NCBI GenBank assembly: GCA_965248055.1
Contig: CBDFIJ010000004.1
Coordinates: forward strand, 960,001 to 1,024,000
From: Candidatus Multivoradales bacterium
Lineage (GTDB): Bacteria; Acidobacteriota; Thermoanaerobaculia; Multivoradales; JAHEKO01
Direction of reading: 5' to 3'
DNA: 64,000 nt
In this document: one piece after another, positions 28,105 through 37,813 of the stretch
Layout of the letters: each line of letters begins with the position of its first letter
Position numbering within the stretch: position 1 is the stretch's first letter
Notes under the pieces: model-generated
Told to the model about the DNA's origin: nothing
The model's database searches: none
The model's input: the letters and a program-made list of their open reading frames with translations, nothing else
Program-made: the position numbers and the translations under genes

Positions 28105-28923
28105 CTACTCAGCCGCAGCTTGCAGAGTGACCATCCTGGTGACTTCGTTGTATAGCCCCGGCACAACGTTTCCGGTCGAGTCCAGCAGACTCAGTTCAAC
28201 GGTCACTTCGCCCATCGGTAGGCCTTCAATCAGGTACGGTTGCCACTGATCAATGAGGAATTCCTGGCCATTGATCAGCGCGCGGACGCGGTAGCCATCA
28301 GCGCTCAAAGAGACGTTGGCAAGATAGAAGTCGAGCATCAATTTCTCGGTGTCCGACCCGACGTAGGTACCTTTGGGCCGACTGTAGAACAGATGCGGCG
28401 CCCCAGTATCAAACGCTTCCCCGTCACTTCCCTCGCTCACCACCACCTCGGTCAATACCGCTGCGGTCGGCTCTTTGACGCTCTCATGGTACGACCGTGA
28501 GAGAAACGCCAACACGGTGTGTCGGCCCGGTGCAAGATCGATCTCGGCTTGATCAGTGTAGTGCGCCGAGTAGGGGCCGTTATCGACGATCAAGTGGATG
28601 TGCTGCCCTTTCCCAGAATTGGCCAAGCCGTTGGACCCGGCGTCAGCGGTCTGGGTGCCGAGTTCGTAGCCCGCGACGGCGAAGTCGAAGGTACCGTTCG
28701 CGGGGTCAAAGTCATTCAAAGTCAACGTGACACCCGGGTAATCGGGTGACCCTGACAAAGGACTCAGCCTGATGGACGACACTGGGACGGAAGACGCAAC
28801 GGCAGCGGTCTCAGTAGAAGCCGCAGTCGATGCCTCTTCGCCTGCTTGGTCGGCTGGCGCGCAACCCATGCCCACCGCCAACAGGGTCATCCATGCAAGA
28901 TTCCAAGAGTGGTGCTTTTTCAT
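28105..28923 (-). CDS. Hypothetical His-containing lipoprotein
   Basis: Lipobox-like GMGC; LANSGKGQHIHLIVDN, AHY, FLSRSYHESVK, YSRPKG. Confidence 0.7.
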   Translation of the reverse strand: MKKHHSWNLAWMTLLAVGMGCAPADQAGEEASTAASTETAAVASSVPVSSIRLSPLSGSPDYPGVTLTLNDFDPANGTFDFAVAGYELGTQTADAGSNGLANSGKGQHIHLIVDNGPYSAHYTDQAEIDLAPGRHTVLAFLSRSYHESVKEPTAAVLTEVVVSEGSDGEAFDTGAPHLFYSRPKGTYVGSDTEKLMLDFYLANVSLSADGYRVRALINGQEFLIDQWQPYLIEGLPMGEVTVELSLLDSTGNVVPGLYNEVTRMVTLQAAAE

Positions 28924-28993
28924 CGTCGTCTCCCTGTCGATTCCAGTTCTGACCTGTTGAGGCAATTCGCCGATGTTGACAAACGCTCTGCAG

Positions 28994-30523
28994 CTAGCCG
29001 CTGTCCTGACCGCCGCTACTTTCGGCGGCACCGATCGGTTCCGCTTGGCGCAATGTGGCAACGCCGGCTAGCACCTTATCGCAGGACTCAGACGATAGTC
29101 GCAGTGCTCCAGGGCGATTGTCCGCAGTGGCCAAACAGCCTTGCTCTGGCGGCGTCACAGAGTACAGTTCTAAGACCCGTTCCTGGTTCTCGGTGGTCAA
29201 AGTCACCGCCAAGCTGGGGTCGTCGGACAAGGAGGCCTCGATTTTCTCAAATGAATCTGCCCGGGCCTCGGACATCGCGTAAAGAACCTCGGTCGCTGCG
29301 GAGAAACTGATCGGCTCGCCGTCCCGCTGCCAATCTCCAGCGACCTTTGCAAGTTGAATCTCACCGTCAGCATCGACTAGCACCGCACCATCAACGTCGT
29401 AACCTTGAACCGGGGACCAGGTGGGAGATCGCCACTCGCCCGCGGCACGCGTCGCTGCTTTATACAAAGCAGTAGTATCGAGACGCACCCGCTCTCCGTC
29501 AACCACTGCCTGACTACCAGTCTGATTGGCAGTCTGATTGGCACCACCCCAGCTGACACTCCAGGTCTCGCCGTTTTCCAACTCCACCAATAAGCTGGTG
29601 CTGCTGGCTCCAGTCAGTGCTTCGGCTCCAGTCAGTGCTTCGGCTCCAGTCAGTGCTTCGGCTCCAGTCAGTGCTTCGCTGTCGCCAGAAGTCAACGGCT
29701 CTGGGGCCCCACCTGGCGAATCGTCGAGATAAGCCTCTGCGCGCAGACCCACAATGGTGGCGAGCAAGGAATCCACCAAACTGCGGTCCGCAAGGTCGTC
29801 CACTGGTGCCGTGAGGCGAAACCCCGTAGCTGTGTCCCTTTCCAGCGTCACAGTATTTTCTGAAGTCACAGGGTCTTCCAGGGCCACAGTGTCTTCCTGT
29901 GTCAACCGGTCGCCACCCGAGAAAGAAACCCGTTGGATCTGGCCTCGGGCCTGCCAAAACAAGCGCTTGCTACGCCACTCAATCGGCTCACTTTCCAGTT
30001 GATCGAGCCAGGTGTCCGGCACCAGATCGACCGCTGCATCGCCCAGGGATATCGCCACTTGCTCCAATCCCGGCAGACGATCACCCACCGCCAGGTCATA
30101 AGACCCTTCGTCGGTTGCAAGCTGGAGTCGCCACTGGGGATCTCCCAGTCCGTAGTCGGTCAGATCAACGTCATCCAAATGGCGACTGCGATCTAGATCG
30201 GCCAACGATTGCACAATGCGAGAGATCTTTGCCTCATCGGCGTGGGCTTTGATCGGTTGGCGTAGCCACCAACGCGCTTCATCGACCGGGTCGCCATCTT
30301 GATCCTCACTTTCATGAACATCAGTCGGTTCTCGCTCCAAGACTATTTCGCTGTCGCCTGAACTCAATACCAGACGCTGGACCCGGTCGGCCTCAATTTG
30401 AAAGATCCGATCCGCGCGCTCTCGACGCTGTGTGCTGCCGGGGCGATCGCGATCGACAAACCAAGCGAACAAGCCGAGCACAACCACCGCCAAAGCCAGC
30501 CAGAAAATCGATTTGGGCTTCAT
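28994..30523 (-). CDS. DUF4340 domain protein (accessory to Gld-like ABC system)
   Basis: N-terminal TM, W.L.QP..AD, DYGLGDP, EWRSKRL; last gene of ABC operon. Confidence 0.8.
   Translation of the reverse strand: MKPKSIFWLALAVVVLGLFAWFVDRDRPGSTQRRERADRIFQIEADRVQRLVLSSGDSEIVLEREPTDVHESEDQDGDPVDEARWWLRQPIKAHADEAKISRIVQSLADLDRSRHLDDVDLTDYGLGDPQWRLQLATDEGSYDLAVGDRLPGLEQVAISLGDAAVDLVPDTWLDQLESEPIEWRSKRLFWQARGQIQRVSFSGGDRLTQEDTVALEDPVTSENTVTLERDTATGFRLTAPVDDLADRSLVDSLLATIVGLRAEAYLDDSPGGAPEPLTSGDSEALTGAEALTGAEALTGAEALTGASSTSLLVELENGETWSVSWGGANQTANQTGSQAVVDGERVRLDTTALYKAATRAAGEWRSPTWSPVQGYDVDGAVLVDADGEIQLAKVAGDWQRDGEPISFSAATEVLYAMSEARADSFEKIEASLSDDPSLAVTLTTENQERVLELYSVTPPEQGCLATADNRPGALRLSSESCDKVLAGVATLRQAEPIGAAESSGGQDSG
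29607..29678. repeat. Perfect 18-bp tandem repeat x4 (encodes EALTGA x4)
   Basis: GCTCCAGTCAGTGCTTCG four times. Confidence 0.95.
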
Positions 30524-30557
30524 TGCAACCTTGCCACGACCGAGTTTGGTACAACGT

Positions 30558-32087
30558 CTAGCGGCGACGACGCCGATAGACCGCGAATCCCGCCACCAAG
30601 ACCGTCAAGGGGACTAATACAACGGTCAACCAACGAGCTCCCGCCATCTGATTCTGGGTCAGGTTGAGCCGGGTCTGCTCTGGAGTGCGCGGAGGAATTG
30701 CCACCGCCGCGTCTCGCTCTGCCAGCCAATTGACCAGATTGGAGAACAGAAAGGCGTTTCCGGAGTTGCCGATCTGATTGTCGGTGGCAAACTCCGAATC
30801 GCCGATCACCACCATGCGCAAGGAATCTGTCCGATCAACGGCATCTGCAGTCGATTCCGCTGTGGAATCGGACAACTCTCCGGGAGCATCAAAACTCTCA
30901 CCCCCGGCAGCCAGTTCCGATTCAGATTCCACCTCGACCGCGATCGCCAAGGCCACTGGCCCGAGACGATCCGACTCATCTCGCTGCACTTGGTCCAAGT
31001 GCTCCAAGTCGCGTTCTCCCCAACCATCGTCAGTGGTTTGAATCAAAGTCTCGGAGCGCAGACCTTCAACTTCGGTCGCCGCCACCGACTGCGCCAGCGG
31101 CAAGATCACGTTCAATGAAGCCTCTTCCAAAGTCCGGGTTGCCGGGTGGTCGCCAAAATTTCCGGCGAACAACGTCTCAGCACCAAAAAACGGTACCGCT
31201 CCCGACGGGTCGACCACGATGTCGGCACCCAGTTCGACGCCGTTGGCCGCCAGAACTTGCTCCAATCCGGTCGTCGCCGCTCCACCCAAAGGAGAAAACT
31301 GTGGGTCGATCATCGCCAATAGTCGTCCCCCGGAGTCTAGGTAGCTAGCAATGGCGTCCGCCTCTGGCGGCGTGAATGGGATCTTGGGCCCCGCGACCAC
31401 CAGCAGTTCGGTTCCTGATGGTACCGAAGGATCGGCCAGCGATTCCCAGGCAACGACCTCAAAGTTGTCGCGCTCCAGTAGCGTCTTGACCGCGGTGAGC
31501 CCGGCACCACTGGGGTCATCGACATCGGCCTCGCCATGACCGCGGGTCAGCGCAACCACGCGACGACGGCCTTCCGCCAAACCCAAGATCGCCGCGGTGA
31601 ATTCTTGCTCTCCCTTGAATCCCTTGATCGTCGGCCCCTCGCCGAATTGCATCCCGGAATAGTCGTATTCGATCAGGTCGTCGGTTTCCACCATGCGCTG
31701 AGCTTCGCCACTGTCGAAGATCACCACATTGACCGCACCCTGCTGCATCAGCTCCTGAGCCCGAGCCAGGTCGCGTGCCGGATCGACATCGACCACGCTG
31801 ATTCGCGACGAGGCCGCCTCATAGCGGCTGAGCAACTCTTTGGCCTGTTGATAGCCAGCGGCTTCAGGATCGACAAACATCGTCACCGCAATGTCCTGAT
31901 CGAGCTCAGCAAGGATGTTCTCGCTCTTCTCCGACAACGAATAGAGACTGCTTTGGGTCCAATCCCAGCGCGCGAAGTACTTCCACCCAAAGTAATTCAC
32001 CAGTAGACACAGTGCCACGGCCAACAGAGCGGCGACCCCCAGGGTCGACTGACGCGTCAAAGTGCGTGTTCGTTGACTGTCGCTCAC
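30558..32087 (-). CDS. GldG-like ABC transporter auxiliary component
   Basis: RWDWT...YSLS, GEQEFTAAI, GHGE, YLDSGG, VIGDSEF, N..LFSNLVNWL, C-terminal TM plus RRRR. Confidence 0.88.
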   Translation of the reverse strand: MSDSQRTRTLTRQSTLGVAALLAVALCLLVNYFGWKYFARWDWTQSSLYSLSEKSENILAELDQDIAVTMFVDPEAAGYQQAKELLSRYEAASSRISVVDVDPARDLARAQELMQQGAVNVVIFDSGEAQRMVETDDLIEYDYSGMQFGEGPTIKGFKGEQEFTAAILGLAEGRRRVVALTRGHGEADVDDPSGAGLTAVKTLLERDNFEVVAWESLADPSVPSGTELLVVAGPKIPFTPPEADAIASYLDSGGRLLAMIDPQFSPLGGAATTGLEQVLAANGVELGADIVVDPSGAVPFFGAETLFAGNFGDHPATRTLEEASLNVILPLAQSVAATEVEGLRSETLIQTTDDGWGERDLEHLDQVQRDESDRLGPVALAIAVEVESESELAAGGESFDAPGELSDSTAESTADAVDRTDSLRMVVIGDSEFATDNQIGNSGNAFLFSNLVNWLAERDAAVAIPPRTPEQTRLNLTQNQMAGARWLTVVLVPLTVLVAGFAVYRRRRR

Positions 32088-32104
32088 GTTAGATCCATCG
32101 CCTA

Positions 32105-32848
32105 CTAGTTCCACTTCTTACTTTCCAAGACCCGTGCGGCCAAAAACACGAACAGAGCACTGGTGGTCACCAGGAATACCAACCGACGAGAATCGACAAT
32201 GCCGCGGGCAAACTCATCCATGTGGACCCACAAGTTGGCGTAGGACAAGCTCTCCTTGAGCAGCGGCGCCTGCACCAGATTCTCCAGCAAAGCCGCAGCG
32301 AATATTCCGATCAAGATGGCGAAGGCGATCACCGCCGCCACGATCTGACTGCGAGCCCAGGCTGAAGCGAAGATCCCGACCGCCAAGAACAAGGCACCGA
32401 TTAGAAATACTCCCAGGTAACCCGACGCCACCGGGCCCCAGTCGACTTCGCTATAGAGGTCCAAGATCAACGGATAGGCGATGGTCGGCGCCCAAACAAA
32501 GCAATAAAAGGTAAGCGCGGCCAAGTACTTGCCCAGCACCACCTGACCCTCGGTCACCGGTGCCGTCATCAATACCTCCAGGGTTCCCTGACGCCGTTCT
32601 TCGGCGACCAATTTCATGGTCAACACCGGGGCCAAGAACAGCAACACCAACCAGAACAGAAAGGTGCCGCCAAAGAACAACTGCAACGGGGCTACTTCTC
32701 CACCGCTACGCGGGTCGTTCAAGAAGGCTAAGAGAATCCAAAATACAAAACCGTTGACCAGCAGCACCATCGCCGCCACAACCCAGCCCAGCGGCGAATA
32801 GAAAAACGCCTTCAACTCGCGAAGGTACGTAGCCAGGAACGCCCTCAT
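32105..32848 (-). CDS. ABC-2 type permease (GldF-like)
   Basis: RELKAFFYSP, LTMKLVAEERRQGTLEVLMTAPV, LGKYLAA. Confidence 0.9.
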   Translation of the reverse strand: MRAFLATYLRELKAFFYSPLGWVVAAMVLLVNGFVFWILLAFLNDPRSGGEVAPLQLFFGGTFLFWLVLLFLAPVLTMKLVAEERRQGTLEVLMTAPVTEGQVVLGKYLAALTFYCFVWAPTIAYPLILDLYSEVDWGPVASGYLGVFLIGALFLAVGIFASAWARSQIVAAVIAFAILIGIFAAALLENLVQAPLLKESLSYANLWVHMDEFARGIVDSRRLVFLVTTSALFVFLAARVLESKKWN

Positions 32849-33918
32849 GAGACTGGATCCTGGTCGATCCGCTCTTCTTTCACTGCTGCCTCTTCGTCTC
32901 CGGATTCTGCGACAGCGCCTTCTGCAGCAGCGGCTTCGTCCACGGCGCTCTCGATATTCGGCGGTCCGTTCTCCAGCCCATCGCGAGTGGTCAAGCGGAC
33001 AAAGATGTCCTCCAACGAAGCCTGTTCTCGGGTCATCTCCAAGATCGTCCACCCCTTGGCAACCGCCAAACTAAAAACCTCCGCTCGCAAGTCTTGATCT
33101 CCGGCAACCGCCAGCCGAAGCCGGAGATCTCCTGACTCCTGGCTCCGATCGCCGGTCACTACCGCCGCATCGACTCCATCAAGTTGTTGCAGAGAGTCAA
33201 GCGCGGACTCCGGTCTACCGAGTAACTCGAGCCGTAGGCCACTGGGGCCACTCCACTCGCGGCGCAGATTCTCGGGAGTGCCTTCGGCCACGATCTTTCC
33301 GCGATCGATAATCAGCACTCGCGAGCACAGCAACTCGACCTCGGGCAAAATATGCGTCGAAAGCAGAATCGTATGCTTGCGACCCAGCTCGCGAATCCGT
33401 TCGCGAATGGCAACGATCTGTTTCGGATCCAAACCCACCGTTGGTTCGTCCAACACCAGCACGTCGGGGCGATGCAAAATCGCCGCGGCCAAACCAATTC
33501 GCTGCCGGTAGCCCTTGGAAAGAGTGCCGACAATCTGTCGCCGGACATCGGTGATCAAACACGCGTCCATCGCCTCAGCGACTGTGCTACCGATCTCGCC
33601 CCGTGCCATTCCAACCAACTGCGCTCGATAGTTCAGATACTCCTCGACCCTCATCTCCGGGTAGACGGAAACATTCTCCGGTAGGTAGCCGATTTGCTGG
33701 CGCGCTTTGGCCGGCTCGTCGAACAGGTCGACGCCACTGACCGAGACCTGCCCGCCGCTCGGAGGTAGAAAGCCAGTGACCATCCGAATGGTGGTGGTTT
33801 TGCCCGCCCCGTTGGGTCCTAAGATACCGACGATCTCCCCTTCGTTGACGGTGAAAGACACGCCATCAACGGCAGTGAAGTCGCCGTAGCTACGCGAAAG
33901 ATTGGTTGCTTCAATCAT
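32845..33918 (-). CDS. ABC transporter ATP-binding protein (GldA-like)
   Basis: GPNGAGKTT, LSKGYRQR, LDEPTVGLDP, LSTH. Confidence 0.95.
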   Translation of the reverse strand: MIEATNLSRSYGDFTAVDGVSFTVNEGEIVGILGPNGAGKTTTIRMVTGFLPPSGGQVSVSGVDLFDEPAKARQQIGYLPENVSVYPEMRVEEYLNYRAQLVGMARGEIGSTVAEAMDACLITDVRRQIVGTLSKGYRQRIGLAAAILHRPDVLVLDEPTVGLDPKQIVAIRERIRELGRKHTILLSTHILPEVELLCSRVLIIDRGKIVAEGTPENLRREWSGPSGLRLELLGRPESALDSLQQLDGVDAAVVTGDRSQESGDLRLRLAVAGDQDLRAEVFSLAVAKGWTILEMTREQASLEDIFVRLTTRDGLENGPPNIESAVDEAAAAEGAVAESGDEEAAVKEERIDQDPVS

Positions 33919-34106
33919 GGATGATACTTAACAGAACCAGAGTCCGTCCGGATATGCGCGAGTCTAGTCTTCAACCCCAACGCCACGGACCGGCTCCTGC
34001 TGACGGTGCATTCTAAGCAAACCTCAATCCAGCACCAAGTGGGGACCCTCGGCGACCGCGCTGCCCTTCTACTGACACTGCTACTAAGACTCTGAGAGTC
34101 AACGAG

Positions 34107-35732
34107 TTAAGCTAACTTCAACCAGTGCTTTGCCCGCCGTACTGCGTCGGTACTGCCGCAGATATAGACATCGTCGTTTGCAGCAAAGACAAAGGATGGC
34201 GCCAGATCGGCATGGACTTGGCCAGCGCGTTCGACCGCGACAACTGTGGTCCCAGTGTTTTCCCGCACTCCAGCTTGCTCCAAACTACGGCCAGCAAGCC
34301 GTACCGCCGAGAGACATAGAACCTTGAAACGCGGGTCGAGTGCGATCGCTTCTTCCTCGACCAGATGAGCCGCCAAAATACGTCCGGCGACTTGGTCCAA
34401 GGACACCGCATAGCTGGCTCCGGCGCGATGAATATTGTCCAAATTCCCAGCATCATTGACCCGCACCACCAGCGGCACGGAAGGCGCCAGGTCATGCACC
34501 ACCAAGGTGGCAAACAGGGTGGCAGCGTCAGAGTCCAGAGCCAGAAGCACGGAACCTGCGTTGCGTACATCCGCCTGCACCAAGGTCTCGGGGTCGCGAA
34601 AATCAGCGACCAGATCGACCCCCGGATCTGCCCGGCGATCAATCACATAGACCTCTTCTCCCGCCTCGCGCAGAAGCTCGGTCGCCCTGCGTCCGACCTC
34701 GCCATAACCGCCGACCACGTGCCGTGAGCCGCGCTCTGCAGCGCTACCGATCGCCTCAACCCGCATGCGCTCGATCGCCTCTCTGCTGCCGGCCACCACC
34801 AGAGTCCCCTCGGGCTCAATAACCGTGGCGCCGGACAAGTCGGTGACTAGGTCCCCACCAACCCACTGTGCAACCACCGAGACTCCCCAGTTCTTGCCCA
34901 GCTTGGCGTCGTCCAATCTGCGCCCCGCGAGCGGACTACTCTCGACCATGCGCACCGACTCAAGCCGCAGCTTGCGGCCGTAGGAAAAGACGCCGGCGGT
35001 CGAAGCCACCTTGGGGCAAACTCGGTGCGCCAACGCCGCACCCAATTCGTACTTGGGGGTGACCACTTCGGACGCCCCAGCCAACTGAATGGCTCGGCGA
35101 TGGGTCAATTCTGTCGCCACGGCGACGATGGTCCCAGTGAAGCCGCTCTGCCGCGCCGCCACCGATACCGCGGCATTTTCGTCGTCGCTACCGTTAGCGA
35201 TCAACGCCGCCGCGGTTTCCAGGCTGGCTCCGGCCAATGACTCGTCGGTGATACCACCCAAAATCACCGGAACTCCGCTCAAGGCGGTGGCCCGCGCTGA
35301 GGAGATGTAGGGCTCCAACACCACCACCGATCGCTTGTCGCGCATTAAATCCTGGACCAGCCCGGCAACCGCGGCGCCATAGCGATAAATCACGATGTGG
35401 TCTTGGAGCCCTCCCATCTTGCGCGGAATCCGCGCTTCGAAGCGCTCCTCCATCAGCGGAATGAGATAGATCGGGAAGATCAAGAAGACCAGGAATACCC
35501 CGAGAAACTGAGTCAGGGTGACAAACACCACCATCGCCGGGTGATGCCACGAATGGTCCGCGCCATAGCCGGTGGTGGTGACGGTTTCTGCCGCCCAAGA
35601 GAGCGCCGCCCAAAACGACCGGGGCGATCCTTCCAACCAACGCATTCCAGCCGCGTAGAGTAACGCCAAGACCACCAGCGCTGCTGCCAATGCGGCGACC
35701 AACCATAAGAGTCTTTTCCATGCGCGCGACAC
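34107..35732 (-). CDS. Potassium channel with tandem TrkA-N/TrkA-C (RCK) domains
   Basis: Pore ETVTTTGYG between two TM helices; two RCK_N/RCK_C pairs (GYGEVG). Confidence 0.88.
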   Translation of the reverse strand: MSRAWKRLLWLVAALAAALVVLALLYAAGMRWLEGSPRSFWAALSWAAETVTTTGYGADHSWHHPAMVVFVTLTQFLGVFLVFLIFPIYLIPLMEERFEARIPRKMGGLQDHIVIYRYGAAVAGLVQDLMRDKRSVVVLEPYISSARATALSGVPVILGGITDESLAGASLETAAALIANGSDDENAAVSVAARQSGFTGTIVAVATELTHRRAIQLAGASEVVTPKYELGAALAHRVCPKVASTAGVFSYGRKLRLESVRMVESSPLAGRRLDDAKLGKNWGVSVVAQWVGGDLVTDLSGATVIEPEGTLVVAGSREAIERMRVEAIGSAAERGSRHVVGGYGEVGRRATELLREAGEEVYVIDRRADPGVDLVADFRDPETLVQADVRNAGSVLLALDSDAATLFATLVVHDLAPSVPLVVRVNDAGNLDNIHRAGASYAVSLDQVAGRILAAHLVEEEAIALDPRFKVLCLSAVRLAGRSLEQAGVRENTGTTVVAVERAGQVHADLAPSFVFAANDDVYICGSTDAVRRAKHWLKLA

Positions 35733-35914
35733 CCAGGAATTCTACTCGCCATTAGCTCCCCTGACCGTACTTAGCAGACCGCAAGTTATTGCGCTCGCCG
35801 AACGATAGACTCTGGTCATGGCTTTGGAGAGTGAAGACCTCAAAGATCGATCGCCCCATGATCTCGCCACAGATCACCACATTGGCCAAGGGGTCCGATG
35901 AAAGAAAGTGCCCG

Positions 35915-36277
35915 ATGAAAGTTCGTCTGGATAAATGGCTGCAGGTAGCTCGCGCCTTTCGCACCCGCACCAAAGCCACCGAAGCCTGCAAAAAAGGCAA
36001 GGTCCGCGTCGACGGAGCGACCGCTCGCCCGCATCAGCCGGTGGCTATCGCGCAAAAGATCGAAATCGATCAAGGTCAGGGATGGACGCGAATCTTGAAG
36101 GTGCGCCAACTCGCCAATCGCCCGCTGCCCAAGGCGCAAGCTGCCAGCCTCTTTGAGGATTTATCACCACCCCGGCCCCAAGCGGGGCCAAGCTTCGGCG
36201 TCTTCCGGGATCGCGGACTAGGTCGTCCCACGGGTCGAGATCGCCGCATTCTGGAACGCTTTCGTCGCGGTGAGTAG
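35915..36277 (+). CDS. S4-domain RNA-binding protein (Hsp15/HslR-like)
   Basis: RLDKWL..AR.FRTR..A...C..GKV; GRPTGRDRR. Confidence 0.9.
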   Translation: MKVRLDKWLQVARAFRTRTKATEACKKGKVRVDGATARPHQPVAIAQKIEIDQGQGWTRILKVRQLANRPLPKAQAASLFEDLSPPRPQAGPSFGVFRDRGLGRPTGRDRRILERFRRGE

Positions 36278-36310
36278 CGGTCCTCTAAGTTATTAGGAAT
36301 CTTTAGAATC

Positions 36311-37810
36311 ATGGCGCTCAAAGAGATCTACGGTCAGTCTTTGTCCCTACTGACCGACTTGTACCAATTGACCATGGCCTACGGCTATTGGAAGGCGGGC
36401 GTCGCTGAGCGCGAAAGTGTCTTTCAAATGGTGTTTCGCGCCAATCCGTTTCAAGGCGGCTACGCGGTCGCCGCAGGACTCGGGCCAGCCCTTGAGTTTC
36501 TGGACGGATTTGGCTTTAGTCCCAGCGACCTCGACTACCTAGCTGGGCTTCTTGGTAACGATGGTCAGCCATTGTTTGAACAGGACTTTCTCCGCTACCT
36601 CGAAGACATGAAACTCGAAGTTCAGGTAGACGGGGTGCGCGAGGGCGACGTGGTGTTTGCCCACGAACCGATGTTGCGGGTGCAAGGACCGATCGCTCAG
36701 TGCCAGATTCTTGAAACACCGCTTCTCAACCTACTCAATTTTCACACCTTAGTCGCCACCAAAGCCGCCCGCGTTTGTTCCGCGGCTGCGGGTCAACCGG
36801 TGATGGAGTTCGGATTGCGGCGCTCCCAAGGAGTCGACGGTGCCCTGACCGTAGCTCGTGCCGCTTACATTGGCGGCTGTTCCGGCACTTCCAACTTGCT
36901 CGCCGGCAAATTGTTCGGCATCCCGGTGCTTGGCACCCACGCACACAGTTGGGTGATGTTTTTTGAAGACGAGAGCGTCGCCTTCCAAGAATACGCAGCG
37001 GCCATGCCCAACAATTGCGTATTCTTGGTCGACACCTACGACACCCTGCGTGGAATCGACCGGGCGATTGAAGTCGGCGAATCGCTGCGCCAACGTGGTC
37101 ATCGACTGGCAGGCATTCGTCTGGATTCTGGAGACCTCGCCCATCTTTCGATCGTTGCCCGCCACAAGCTTGACCAGGCTGGATTTGAAGATGCTGCGAT
37201 CGTCGCCTCCAACGATCTGGACGAACACATCATCACCAGCCTTAAGGACCAAGGTGCGGCGATCGGCCTTTGGGGGGTGGGCACTCGGTTGGCGACCGCC
37301 TACGACCAGCCAGCGCTGGGGGGCGTTTACAAGCTGGTCGCGCTGCGCAATCCGGTCGGAGATTGGGACTATCGCATCAAACTCTCCGAGCAAACGATCA
37401 AGATCCCGACCCCCGGCGTGCTACAAGTACGTCGCTTCTATCGGAACGGGCAAATGGTCGGCGATGTCATTTTTGACTTGCACCGGGAGACACCGGCCAG
37501 TGGATCGATGTACTCGCCGACTAACCCGACGCGAAGCTGGCCGATCCCGGACCGCGACCAATATCGAGACTTGTTGGTACCGGTATTCGGCGAGGGTCGA
37601 ATCTTGGATCAACCGCGCCCCTTGGACTTGGCGCGCAGCGCAGCGCAAGAAGAACTTGGTCGCCTCGACAGCCGCTCCAAGCGTCTACTCAACCCTGAGG
37701 AGTACCCAGTCGGCCTGGATCAGATCGTCAGCGAACGCAAGCTGCGGATGATCGCCGACGCGAAGATAGGACAAAATCCGAAAACAACCGTGACGCCGGT
37801 CGCCGGGTAA
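36311..37810 (+). CDS. pncB: Nicotinate phosphoribosyltransferase
   Basis: [42 protein letters not shown]. Confidence 0.95.
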   Translation: MALKEIYGQSLSLLTDLYQLTMAYGYWKAGVAERESVFQMVFRANPFQGGYAVAAGLGPALEFLDGFGFSPSDLDYLAGLLGNDGQPLFEQDFLRYLEDMKLEVQVDGVREGDVVFAHEPMLRVQGPIAQCQILETPLLNLLNFHTLVATKAARVCSAAAGQPVMEFGLRRSQGVDGALTVARAAYIGGCSGTSNLLAGKLFGIPVLGTHAHSWVMFFEDESVAFQEYAAAMPNNCVFLVDTYDTLRGIDRAIEVGESLRQRGHRLAGIRLDSGDLAHLSIVARHKLDQAGFEDAAIVASNDLDEHIITSLKDQGAAIGLWGVGTRLATAYDQPALGGVYKLVALRNPVGDWDYRIKLSEQTIKIPTPGVLQVRRFYRNGQMVGDVIFDLHRETPASGSMYSPTNPTRSWPIPDRDQYRDLLVPVFGEGRILDQPRPLDLARSAAQEELGRLDSRSKRLLNPEEYPVGLDQIVSERKLRMIADAKIGQNPKTTVTPVAG

Positions 37811-37813
37811 ATC

